64,000 nucleotides of DNA, from the NCBI GenBank assembly GCA_010093815.1, contig ML996566.1. One strand, written 5' to 3'. Both the position numbers and the translations under genes were made by a program. The stretch comes from Pseudovirgaria hyperparasitica. Lineage: Eukaryota. Below, one piece after another: positions 52,489 through 63,800 of this stretch (position 1 is the first letter of the stretch; each line of letters opens with the position of its first letter). The notes under the pieces are model-generated. The model had not been told where the DNA came from and did not search any database. It saw only the letters and a list, made by a program, of their open reading frames with translations.

Positions 52489-54255
52489 ATGCTCAGCACA
52501 ATTTTATTAGTCATTGCGAGTATCCTACTCTTCTTCTACTTTTCCTATCGATGGGCATTACCCAGACCTATACCAGGGATTCCGTACAATGCCTCGTCTG
52601 CAGGCAAGGTGCTTGGCGATGTGCCGGACCTCCTCAACGAGCTCGCCTTGACCGGCGATATGGTGCAATGGCTCTTGAAGCAGAACTTGAAGACCCAGTC
52701 ACCGATCAGTCAAATCTTTGTGCAGCCACTGGGGAAACCATATGTGCTGGTGAGCGATTGGCGCGCTGCGCGAGATGTCATGATGCATCGGTCCAAAGAA
52801 TTCGACCGATCGAGTCTAATCACCAATCTTTTCGAGGGCCTGCTTCGAAGGCAGCAGTTCACGCTGCAAACCGGCGCAGAGTGGAGGGCGCATCGATTCT
52901 TGGTGCAGGATACCATGACCCCTGCGTTCTTGAACAAGATGTGCGCACCGGCAATTTATGCCCGCAGTCTGGATATGGTGAAGCTGTGGACGATCAAGGA
53001 AAGACTTGCGGGCGGAAGACCATTTAGAGCAACCGACGACATCTTCCATGCAACCTTCGACGCCGTCAACAGCTTTTCCTTTGGCGAGCAGTTCCAGCAC
53101 AGTTCGACGCGGCCACATATCGAATTACTCGAGAAGGAAGAACCAGAGCGCATCCAGGAGGGCCAGGATATCAATGCCCCGGTTGAATTCCCCAAGGCCC
53201 ATATCGACCCATCCCTCGATGCCATGCTCGAACTGTCCGAGATAATGGAAGCTGTCAAAAACGCCCCTTCGCCCTCCCTGCAATGGCGCTGGACTAAACT
53301 CACGCGTTCGTTCCGCCAGCACACGGCGTTGAAGGATGCATGCCTCCGGACGGAGATCTCCAAAGCCGTGCTCCGGGCCCAGCGGCGCGACGAGCGCGGA
53401 ACACCAGCAGGACACGAGGAAAAGGTGGAGGAACCCAGCACGAGCACCATCCGCTCTGGTATCGATGTTATCATCGATCGTGAAACACGCGTCGCAGCCA
53501 AGGAACAGAGAGCGCCGGACTACACCTCCCAGCCCATCATGGACGAGCTCTTCGGTTTTGTAGTCGCCGGCCATGATACCATGTCCACGACTCTCTGCTG
53601 GGCTGTGAAGTTCCTTGCTGACAATCCCGGCACCCAGACCAAGCTACGCCAAGCACTTCGTGTCGCTCATGCAGCGGCAGTGAATGAGTCTCGCGCACCG
53701 GCGGCAGAGGAAATTGCCAGCGCCAGGATTCCGTACCTGGAAGCAGTCATGGAAGAAGTGCTCCGGTGCGGCTTGACTGTCCCAATCGGCGATCGGGAGG
53801 TGGTCGCGGAGAGCGGAGCTGACCTCCTCGGTTATCGTATCCCAAAAGGCGTGATTGTTTTCTTCTTGCACAACGGTCCGGGTATGCGCATTCCGGAATC
53901 CGACGCAAACATTGCAAAGTACGGCACCGAAGCTGGCGCTCTACACGGTGGTAAAAAAGGAGGCATTGCTCCATGGAGCGATGATGATATAACAAACTTC
54001 AAGCCAGAGCGGTGGTTATCGGACGATGGTAGCTTTGACGCACAAGCAGGGCCAAGCATGCCTTTTGGGCTGGGCATACGCGCCTGTTTCGGAAAGAGAT
54101 TGGCATATTTGGAGTTTCGAATTTTGTTGACGATGATGATGTGGCATTTCAGCTTAGGACCGTGTCCGGAGGAGTTGAGTGGATATGCAGGGCAGTTGGC
54201 GGTGGTACATAAGCCTAGAGTGTGTTATGTCAGGCTGGAGAGTATCACGAAGTGA
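52489..54255 (+). CDS. Cytochrome P450 (588 aa, intronless)
   Basis: N-terminal TM plus ALPRPIPGIP, I-helix AGHDT, EEVLR, FKPERW, heme motif FGLGIRACFG. Confidence 0.97.
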   Translation: MLSTILLVIASILLFFYFSYRWALPRPIPGIPYNASSAGKVLGDVPDLLNELALTGDMVQWLLKQNLKTQSPISQIFVQPLGKPYVLVSDWRAARDVMMHRSKEFDRSSLITNLFEGLLRRQQFTLQTGAEWRAHRFLVQDTMTPAFLNKMCAPAIYARSLDMVKLWTIKERLAGGRPFRATDDIFHATFDAVNSFSFGEQFQHSSTRPHIELLEKEEPERIQEGQDINAPVEFPKAHIDPSLDAMLELSEIMEAVKNAPSPSLQWRWTKLTRSFRQHTALKDACLRTEISKAVLRAQRRDERGTPAGHEEKVEEPSTSTIRSGIDVIIDRETRVAAKEQRAPDYTSQPIMDELFGFVVAGHDTMSTTLCWAVKFLADNPGTQTKLRQALRVAHAAAVNESRAPAAEEIASARIPYLEAVMEEVLRCGLTVPIGDREVVAESGADLLGYRIPKGVIVFFLHNGPGMRIPESDANIAKYGTEAGALHGGKKGGIAPWSDDDITNFKPERWLSDDGSFDAQAGPSMPFGLGIRACFGKRLAYLEFRILLTMMMWHFSLGPCPEELSGYAGQLAVVHKPRVCYVRLESITK

Positions 54256-54365
54256 GCGATCGGTTCAAAGATCATCTCTCATCATGTCGAGTCAGATTCA
54301 TCCGTTAGAAAATCGTTTCGTTCGTGAGCTTCATTCTTATATACCCACGATATCATCATGTCTCA

Positions 54366-55782
54366 TTAGTATGACAAGTCTAGGTACTTTGCACCGTCAA
54401 AGGTCTTCTTGCCTCCATCACTCTTCCAGATCTCGACTTCACATCCACCCATCAGGACACCCACACGCATTGTAGCAAGCAGGTTGTGAGCGGCATTACT
54501 GTGATCGTAGATACCTTTGTTGAACAGAGCCGTAGCGTCTTTGCCAATGGCACTCTTGATCAATGCTTGGCCGCCAGGATGCTCATTGATGAAGCTCGAG
54601 ACGTCGTGGATGACTCCAGCAATTGAGGTTAGTGCTTTGCCTTCAGACCAAGCTGATTCAACAAAAGCATCCCATGTGTACACCGGTAGTTCATTGAGTG
54701 GTGTACCCCAGTCGAGCTTTGCGCGACGGACGTCAAGCTTCTTCTGCATTTGTTGTAATCTGCCCTTTTCCACCTCGTTCGAGCGGAACTGCTTAAGATG
54801 ACTGGCAAGGCCAAGTTTACCCCAGATCGTGATCATCCTGTGTTTAATCAGTGTAAGTTCCAAACGTAAAGGCTGTGCGATGGGACATACCACTTCGTAG
54901 GATCGTACTGGTACCACTCAATCGCATTGCGAAAGTCAGAGGGAAATTCATGGTGATAATTGTGATACCCCTCGCCCAGAGTGACTAATGCAGTAATCCA
55001 ATTATCGCGTGGTGAGTTGCGGTCGTCAAATGGTTGGTCGCCAAGCCAGTGAGCAAGACTGTTTATGCAGAAGGTCGCTTGCTGTACAAAGCATGCGCGA
55101 ATGATTCCAGCGTACACCAAACCACCGAGCATGTCTCCCCAGATCCCGCACACCAGAGCAGGGAAAATGAAAGCCATGCTGAGCACGCACACTAGGTAGT
55201 GCTTGTGTTGCCACCGGACAATTGGGTCCGAATTCAAATCGACAACGTCAGCTCGGCCAATCTTCTTTGCATCTTGGTTGAGTACCATCCAACCAATGTG
55301 AGAATACATAAGACCCTTGCGGACAGAGTAGGGGTCCTTCTCGGTGTCTGTGTAACGGTGGTGTGCTCGGTGGCCGCGTGACCACCAGCGGATTGAGCCT
55401 TGAACGGAGCCGGCGCCGACCGCGGCAAGATATATCTGAAGGGGAAGTGAGGCTTTATACGAAGTGTGAGCCCAAAGGCGATGGTAACCTGAAAAGAAAT
55501 TGTTAATTGACAGCTTGAACGAGAGACGTGCATCTGCGGATTACCAGCTGTGATACCGAGGCCGGTATTGAAATAGTAGAAGACGGCGAAAATAGCCGTG
55601 TAGAGCCTCAGAGGTACGAAGAAGGTAGCGATGAATCCATATAACGGGATAAGGACGACAAAAATGACATTCAGCCAATTGATATGCTTATACCAATTGG
55701 ATCGAGTCCATGGCTCATCGCTGATATGAGGCTTTCGTGTTGCTCCATCGGTTGTAGTTGACAAGACCTTTGAGACTGTCAT
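54366..55782 (-). CDS. OLE1: Delta-9 acyl-CoA desaturase fused to cytochrome b5 (OLE1-like, 435 aa); introns 55489-55544 and 54838-54890
   Basis: His boxes [18 protein letters not shown] and [27 protein letters not shown]; b5 domain HPGG and [11 protein letters not shown]. Spliced exons 238+598+472 nt give an open frame. Confidence 0.95.
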
Positions 55783-55958
55783 TATGGGTGATATCAAGAA
55801 AGTCGTTGGCGGGAATGAGAAGCGGAGGTGGATATATGGGCGGAGGAGAAGGAAAGAGACAGAATCAAAATGTGAAGCGTTGGAAGGTCATTTACTCACA
55901 TTTACATATGGCGGAGCATGGGAATTCAAACATGTCGTTGGGGTTGGGGAAGTTGAAA

Positions 55959-56051
55959 GTGGGGCCCGAGTGTTTCCTTGCAACTTGTGAAGTTGGCTGT
56001 GACCGCGGACGTGGTTCTGTTGAAAGTGGAGCCAAGTGGGGCAAAGTGGGG
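55959..56051 (+). promoter_or_regulatory. Four AAGTGGRGC repeats matching the CreA/Mig1 SYGGRG consensus, upstream of the desaturase
   Basis: GTGGGG 55959, GTGGAG 56026, GTGGGG 56036, GTGGGG 56046; the last three are exactly 10 bp apart. Confidence 0.45.
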
Positions 56052-56076
56052 CAAGAGCGGCAATCGATCCGATTCC

Positions 56077-56299
56077 CACTAAGTCCGACCATAAGGCCTA
56101 GTGTCTTGGCTGATTTTACAGTAACAGCAACTAATTACCTGCATCAAACGAATCACATCATAGAAATGCAATTAATCCAACAATGCTCACTAAACCCTAT
56201 CATAAGGCCATAGTGCCTTAGCTACACCAGACGAACCACATTATAGCATGGTAATCGATCCTTACTAAACCCTATCAGAAGGCCTAGTGTCTTGGTTGA
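56077..56299. repeat. Three imperfect ~36-bp direct repeats between the enoyl reductase stop and the desaturase start
   Basis: ACTAAGTCCGACCATAAGGCCTAGTGTCTTGGCTGA (~56078), ACTAAACCCTATCATAAGGCCATAGTGCCTTAGCT (~56189), ACTAAACCCTATCAGAAGGCCTAGTGTCTTGGTTGA (~56264). Confidence 0.8.
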
Positions 56300-56320
56300 C
56301 TGATGCTTATTACTGGCTAC

Positions 56321-57633
56321 CTACATTAGACGTACCACCAGTTTTTGCGCGTGGACTTCTCCCGCCTTGAGCATTTCCAGGCCCTGGATGATGCTCTCCC
56401 ACCTGCCATGTGGCTCGTTGGACAGCTCTCGAGGCGGGTGGCACTTGAGCTGTCCATGATCGACGAGCTGCTGCACTTCGTCCCGCCAGCGTTGTCCAAG
56501 CTCCATTTTGGTATGGTCGGCGTCACGATGATAGGCTCCTTGGAGCTGTACCTCAGAGCCAAAGAGGGTATATCCCAGAGGGAAATCAATCTTGACAGCT
56601 TTGCGCGTTCTCCACGCGTCGGGAATATGGTCTAGGGCACTGATGCGCGCACCGGCCCGCCCCAGAGCTTCGAAACAGGTCGCTACCGATTCTGGTGACG
56701 TAATGCAGTCGATGGCGTATCGTAGGGTGCCCTTCGTCTGCTCCTTGATTGTGTCGCCGCACGAAGGAGCGGTGTAATCGATAGTGCTGACGGCTCCATA
56801 GCTTTTTACCAGGGTTGAATTGGCGGGAGAGACTGTCGCAATAGGATCGCATCCGGCACTGCAAAGGAAGAATGTCAGCTCTGTTCTGGCGCTTGTCCAT
56901 TTTGGGTCTAGCGCGTTGACTCATCATATATCGTACATCGCTTGGAGGTTTCGTTCTCAACCTCGTCTCGCACCTCACCTCCACTTCTTTCATCTCCACC
57001 ACACCACACACGAAAGCACCAACAGCACCTTACCTCGCTCATTCGATATGGGTAAGAAAGTCTCTGCACATACCTTGCTAGCAGTTGACAAGCCATAGTC
57101 CCTGTTGCGGTCGCCCCCCCGGAGACCAGGACCACTGGTCGCTTGCCGTCGGCTCGTAGGTTCATTTCCGCGTTGGATGGACGTCCTGCGAGCTGGAGAG
57201 ATTTTTCAATTGCCAACGCCACTGTCCCCCATCCAACGCCTCCTAGTGCTGCAGCTTCTTTGTCGCTCCAGGTGTCGGGAACTTTGATGAGCAACCGGCT
57301 GTCTGCGACAAGGAACTCGGCGAATGAACCAATGTCGGGGTTCCCAGGGTTAGATCCGTGAACGAAACCGCATACGCGCTGCCCAACTTGCAACCCTTCA
57401 GTGGAGGATCCGGTCGAGACAACTGTCCCCGTGAAGTCGCAGCCGATGATAGCGCCAGGCTTCGGATTGGATTCTGGAGACTTGAAGTCCGTTGGGTTCA
57501 AGGCAACAGCAGCGACCCTGACTAAAACATCATGCGGTTTTCGTATTTGCGGTATAGCATGCGTCTGCGAGACAATTGGCTTCCTCGTACCATCAGAAGA
57601 CTGGATTAGACACTCCATAATGTGAGCGGCCAT
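56321..57633 (-). CDS. Trans-acting enoyl reductase (LovC/CcsC/TenC type MDR), intron 56859-57073
   Basis: VAAVALNPTDFK, GCDFTGTV, GSFAEF, VLVSGGATATGTMACQLL, YGAVSTIDY, YAIDCIT, GLEMLKAGEVHAQKLVV. Confidence 0.93.
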
Positions 57634-58571
57634 TTTGTGCTTTCTTGAGTTCAGTATGGATCAGACTGGCCCTGGTAGCTATAAGAAAGCCAAAAAATCA
57701 CTTGTCAATCCGAAAGCATGTCGGAGGCACCAAGAAGCAGTACGGTGAATTTCTCTGGTTTCGGAGCCTTTCGCGGGAGCTATCACGTCAATTACATCTC
57801 CCGTTCGAACATGTATCCCACTAATAGCTTTCTAGTGTCTTTTACACAGCCTCTCAGCTGACATAATTCCGGCAACAAAAGCTAATGCGTGGTCCTATAT
57901 CTCCCATCCACATTTAGGTGAGAGTACTGTTGTTAGACATGATTAATAGATATGACTCGGAAACGTGCTATACTATCCTAGCCTCTTCTAATATTCTATT
58001 ACTTTACTAGACTGTTATTCTGATTCGTTCCTCAAAAGAATGGAGGTTGTAATGGTCACCCTCCATTACGCTTATGTTACCGGAATTATGTCGGCTGATA
58101 GCGCAGCCTTATTATGCCTTGGATTACTATATAGACTAGTGCTAAATCGTAGTTGTAGGATCTGTTTCCTGGTCCCTGTGTGGGACTTTTTTTTCGAGAC
58201 TCGGTCCTCTTGGTATAATTGGTTGGTGCATGGAGCTCGGCCTCTTACAGAGGAATATATAAGGAGCGGTCTCTCCATGTATTTGGTTCTCGCTCTATCT
58301 AGTCTTTACCTTAAGAACTATAATCTATCTTCTCTATTATATGATAGTCTATGTTAGTATATATTCCATTACTAAGGAATATTATCCACCCCTTTACCTG
58401 TCCTTTTTACATCCTCTATATATATGTAAGACTTCATACAAGCCCTCCGATGGCCTGCCCATACCTCCATCTTAATGTATCAATCGATTGATCTAACGAC
58501 TGAACTTACTATCATTAGAATATCAAAGGGTCTTCACATTTGTCTACACAAGGGTGACTTCGCTTTTCAGC

Positions 58572-59933
58572 ATGCCTAGCGGCCAGATCGCCAAAAGGTC
58601 CGCTTGTGACCGCTGTCGAGATCTCAAACTGCGCTGCACCCGAGAGCAAACTGCGGATGAACATGTTCCATGTGATCGGTGCACCAGGTTCGATGCGCTT
58701 TGCATTACGGGTAGTGGTCGGCGATTAGGGAGACCATCGGTGGAGAACAACGATACTCGACCCATCCGAAGGAATTCTTCAAATCATCAACATCGCAACG
58801 ACCGCAATTCGTGGCAGAGGTTGAATCATCGACCTTTGACGACGAACAATACTCTAGGTCCTCCCAGGCCAGACAACCCTAAGAACGACAACCTTTACAG
58901 ACTTGCAGACTCGGACTTCTTTTCAGACCCGAATCTCGATCCTATGTTGTATGAGTCTGACTTCTTGGGGGGTTCTTCCAGTGCAACTCCAGCCAATAAC
59001 GCAAATGGAAACGGCCAACTGCCAATGACCCTCGGTATTGATACATCAGATTTACCAGACTTGGATGTCGACAGTCCATGTGACATGACTGCCCTGAGTT
59101 CATCCACTATGCCAGCGCTGGCGAATCCTAACAAGAGGCCTGCTTCACGGAATGATTCTGGTATTGTCCTTAATCAATCTGCAGAGGCCGACTCTTCATC
59201 CCTAGCAGGAGTTATCAGTGACACTTCGCGTCAGTTATTTGAGCTGAGAAGCAAGGCGCAGCATCACTCACTCGAGACAATGCTGGATCAACGCAGCGTT
59301 AGTTCAGATATAAATGCCGTATCTCGACAGCTATCCGACCTAAGAAACCGAGCTAGCGAGTCATCGATTGATTCAATTATGACCTCAGCAGGCATAGCAC
59401 ACGACTTTGCGAGATTCAATGACCCCATCAAGACAGGACCTCTCGAGAGCATGCTCTCGACGTCCATGCGTTTCATCCTTGTCTTGCAAATGCTTGCACC
59501 CGCGGAGTACGACACGGGTAGCACATCACGTCCAAGAACGAGCAGCAACTCCACAGCTCTAGACACCATGCTTATGCTCCTCTCGATATACGTACGCCTT
59601 GGCCAGTCCTTCGAGCATGTCCTTAACGGGGTGGTGCAGAACCGCAACTTTATTTCGTCAGGCTCCCAGCCTTCTTCGCCGGCTTCAACGTACAATCAGC
59701 AGTATTCAGCACAGTTGATGATGGTAGTCCGTGCTTTAGGACATCAACTGTCCACCGTGGAACGACTGATGGGTATTCCCGCGAGAGTTAGACTCTGGGG
59801 ACCGAAAGATGACTATCCGGGTATCTTGAATCAAGACCAGTCATTTTTGACCAAGGCGGCGATCTCCCAAGCCCAAGAAACGTTTTATTCGTTACGAAGA
59901 ACTATGCATGATATCGAAATTTCTTGTACATGA
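58572..59933 (+). CDS. Zn(II)2Cys6 pathway-specific transcription factor
   Basis: RSACDRCRDLKLRC...PCDRCTRFDALC...RRLGRP at the N-terminus; first ATG at 58572; located inside the cluster. Confidence 0.93.
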   Translation: MPSGQIAKRSACDRCRDLKLRCTREQTADEHVPCDRCTRFDALCITGSGRRLGRPSVENNDTRPIRRNSSNHQHRNDRNSWQRLNHRPLTTNNTLGPPRPDNPKNDNLYRLADSDFFSDPNLDPMLYESDFLGGSSSATPANNANGNGQLPMTLGIDTSDLPDLDVDSPCDMTALSSSTMPALANPNKRPASRNDSGIVLNQSAEADSSSLAGVISDTSRQLFELRSKAQHHSLETMLDQRSVSSDINAVSRQLSDLRNRASESSIDSIMTSAGIAHDFARFNDPIKTGPLESMLSTSMRFILVLQMLAPAEYDTGSTSRPRTSSNSTALDTMLMLLSIYVRLGQSFEHVLNGVVQNRNFISSGSQPSSPASTYNQQYSAQLMMVVRALGHQLSTVERLMGIPARVRLWGPKDDYPGILNQDQSFLTKAAISQAQETFYSLRRTMHDIEISCT

Positions 59934-60875
59934 GCAAGGGAGGCAAATCGGACACCAGATTTTTGTTTGTAACATTCCTGATCGCCACAGCTCAAGACAA
60001 ATCCAATGCATATCAACGTGTTTGAACAAAAGTTTGGCTTAGATCTCAGTGACTTTCGAAAAGCCCTAGCCAGAATGCCAAATGTACACTGCAGTAAGTC
60101 AATGTCAGGACTGGGTTTTGGATTGATTACCTATGATTCACACCCAGGACAAGTCATTCCACTTGGAGGAGACTCCTCCCTGCGTCAATTGCCAGTCACG
60201 AATGACTCGATTGTCTAAAACCTCCACGTTCGCACGCCATTCGACCCCACTAAGTGACGTAGAAACAAAACCAGGTGTGGTTTATACCTCCTTCTAAAAC
60301 ATGATTTATGGACCCCTGCGTGAAGCCCGGCCGAAGTGTCAGCTAGAATTTTTCAGCTTCAGCGCGGATGGCTGCGACCGATGAATGGTTGTGGAGATCA
60401 CGCGCGTAGATTACAGATCTCTAACCCTGCACGCACGAGGGCCTCAGAATTGCTTTTTATCCATTTTGAAAACTCTGAGTCGGACGGTTTGCTTGGAAAT
60501 TTGTGTAAATCCTCCGACAGGCCTCGGGTAGGGACATCGGAGGGTTTGCGCATAACGGCTGTCACGATTCCGGTAGCTTTTAATACGGTATCGGATCTAT
60601 CTGAACGGGGCATTCCCAGCGCAGAATCTTCTCCTTGCCCGTGGTTCGCCCTGATGCAACGGGTCGGATAACAAGGCTTTCTAAACTAAAGCACTAAACA
60701 GTTAAGGGACTGACATGGTCTCTATTGCACCACCGCCACCAATCTTCGACGAATATACTATGGGATCTCTGTTATATCATCCTAATTACTTAGATCTTAT
60801 TAAGCCCTAGGGTTATATACATAGAGTATAGCTAGATTAGATAGGAACGCTAATTACTCTTCCATACACACCAAC

Positions 60876-63800
60876 ATGCCTCACCAAACTTCAACACCAG
60901 CGAAGGGAGTACCAGAACCAATCGCAATTATTGGTAGCGGTTGCAGATTTCCTGGCGGCGCCTCTTCTCCCTCCAAACTATGGGATCTCCTACGTGAGCC
61001 GCGTGACGTACTGAACGAGATCCCTCCCTCTCGATTCGACACTAAAGGCTTCTATCACCCAAACTCGAACTTCCCAGGTCACGCAAACGTCAGACATTCG
61101 TATCTCCTTGAGGAGAATGTCGCGGATTTTGATGCTCAGTTCTTTGGCTTTAAACAGGCGGAAGCCTCAGCTATGGACCCGCAACAGCGGATTCTGCTTG
61201 AGGTCGTGTATGAGGCCCTTGAGGCATCAGGTTTAACGATTCAAGGTCTGAAAGGCTCTCAGACCGGTGTCTACTGTGGAATGATGTACGGTGACTACGA
61301 ATCCCTCCAATATCGGGATCTACAGAGTGTACCTACATATCATGGACTCGGTAAGTTGTAGTTCAACCCTTAAATTCGTGACCCAGAACAATGCTAAGGG
61401 AGAATCTATCAGGAATTGCGAGAAGTATTGTGTCAAACAGAGTCTCATACTTTTTCGATTGGCATGGTCCGTCGTGGACTGTGGACACTGCGTGCTCCTC
61501 TAGTCTGGTCGCTCTGCACTCAGCAGTACAGGCGCTGAGATCTGGAGAGGTGCCCATGGCTGTTGCGGCCGGTACCAATCTTTTACTGGGCCCAGAGCCT
61601 TACATTTACGAAAGTAATCTGCAGATGCTGTCACCTGATGGCCGGTCTCGTATGTGGGATCAGGATGCTAACGGGTACGCTCGCGGTGACGGTGTTGCCT
61701 GCATAGTCGTCAAGACGCTGAGCCAAGCGTTGGCAGATGGTGATCACATCGAGGCTATCATACGTGAGACGGGCGTTAACAGTGATGGGCGCAGTCCAGG
61801 CATTACAATGCCAACGATGAAGGCGCAAGTCGCACTCATCAAAGAAACGTATGCCCGAGCCGGGCTTGACATAACTTCCGCGAAGGACAGATGTCAATTC
61901 TTCGAGGCCCACGGTACTGGAACTCCTGCAGGGGACCCTGTAAGTAGCCGTAGTCAATTGTGCCTATCTGTCGAACGAGGGATTACTGATAAGTTATAGA
62001 TCGAAGCCGAAGCTGTCCACACAGCATTCTTCGGCCATCTACCTGTGTTAAAAGACAACGAAACGACAGAAGACCAGAAAGAGAGCCTCCTAGTAGGATC
62101 GATCAAAACTGTGATCGGGCACACCGAGAGTACAGCTGGAATTGCTGGTATCCTTAAAGCGGTACAAGCCATTAAGCATGGCTATGTGCCCCCGAATATG
62201 CATTTCAAGAATTTGAGCTCCCGGGTAGCTCCGTTCTACAATAACCTTCAGATCCCTACCGAATTAACTCCTTGGCCGCAGCTGGAAGAAGGTCTGCCGC
62301 GCAGAGTATCAGTCAACTCTTTTGGGTTTGGAGGGACTAACGCTCATGTCATTCTCGAAAGCTTCGATCGTAGTGCGGTTGCTATCCAGAAGCGCCCATT
62401 GTTCTCGCCCTTTGTGTTCTCAGCACAGTCAAAGCAGGCACTTGCTGGAAACTTTTCATCTTATATGAATTATCTCGACCAACATCCTGATGTAGACGCG
62501 TCAGACCTAGCTTGGATGCTCCGTTCCAGACGATCACACTTACCTCTACGAGTGTCCTTCCCAGCCTCATCGACAGCGCAGTTACAGGCCACTCTAGAGA
62601 AACTGACGGCGAACTTTCAGCTGGAACCCAAGACAACACCTGTTAATCGCCAGACAAAACTCCTCGGTATATTTACTGGTCAAGGTGCTCAATGGCCGCG
62701 TATGGGAGCGCAGTTGATCGAACAGTCTCAACACGCTTCCAACATCCTCGCTGAGCTTGATCAGGCACTTGCGGAGCTTCCCTTGCACCGCCCTACGTGG
62801 ACATTGCGCGAAGAGATCCTCGCCGATGCCGCATCAAGCAACGTCATGAAAGCTAGCGTTTCGCAGCCTCTTTGCAATGCAGTTCAAATTCTCCTTGTCG
62901 ATCTGCTCAAACTCGCTGGGATCGAGTTCTCTGTCATAGTGGGACACTCTGGAGGAGAGATCGCTTGCGCCTACGCCGCTGGAAAACTCTCAGCGCGCGA
63001 CGCCATTCGCATCGCCTACTATCGCGGCCTTCACTCCAATCTCGCATGTGGCCAAAATGGTGTCCAGGGTGCTATGATTGCGGTGGGTACAACTCTTGAG
63101 GATGCAGAGGAGCTTTGCAGTGATGAAGTTTTCGAAGGAAGAATTAAACTAGCCGCTTGCAATTCTCCGTCGAGCATGACCCTCTCTGGTGATGAGGATG
63201 CCATTGACGAAGCTATTGAAGTTCTGAAAGACGAAAAGAAATTTGTGCGGAAGCTTCGAGTGGACAAAGGCTATCATTCGCACCACATGATCCCATGTGC
63301 AGAAGAGTATCTGAAGTCAATGAAGAGTATCTCCATTGACCAGACTCGCAATACCAATGCAGGTTGCACATGGGTGTCAAGTGTGTTCCCCGACCAGCCT
63401 TGGGAGGAGATGGGTAAGATCGACAATCAATATTGGGTGGACAATCTTCTGTCTCCAGTTTTGTTTAAGCAGGCTATCGAGCGAGCGGCATCTTTGGGAC
63501 CATTCGATGCTGCTATCGAAATCGGTCCCCACCCATCTCTGAAAGGCCCTGTACGAGAAACGTTACAGGATTTGAAGGTTGAAATAGCATATACTGGTAC
63601 GCTTAAGCGAGGCGAGAGTGACATTGCTAGCACGTCCGAAACTCTTGGTTACCTCTGGACCCAGCTGGATCATCTGGACATTGATTTCGACCGATACGAG
63701 AGCACTTTGACTGGGGGAACATCGCACGACTTTCTTTCAGACTTACCCCTATACCAGTGGAATCACACCCAGTCTTACTGGCACGAGTCCAACCAGTCCA

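Noticed and set aside
56077..56299. 36-bp repeats with spacers resembling a CRISPR array
   Set aside because: Eukaryotic context, degenerate repeats, unequal spacers and no cas genes
62942..62959. AT motif GHSGGE rather than GHSSGE
   Set aside because: The catalytic Ser in GHSxG is retained and YHSH is present, so this is a minor variant with no clear specificity implication
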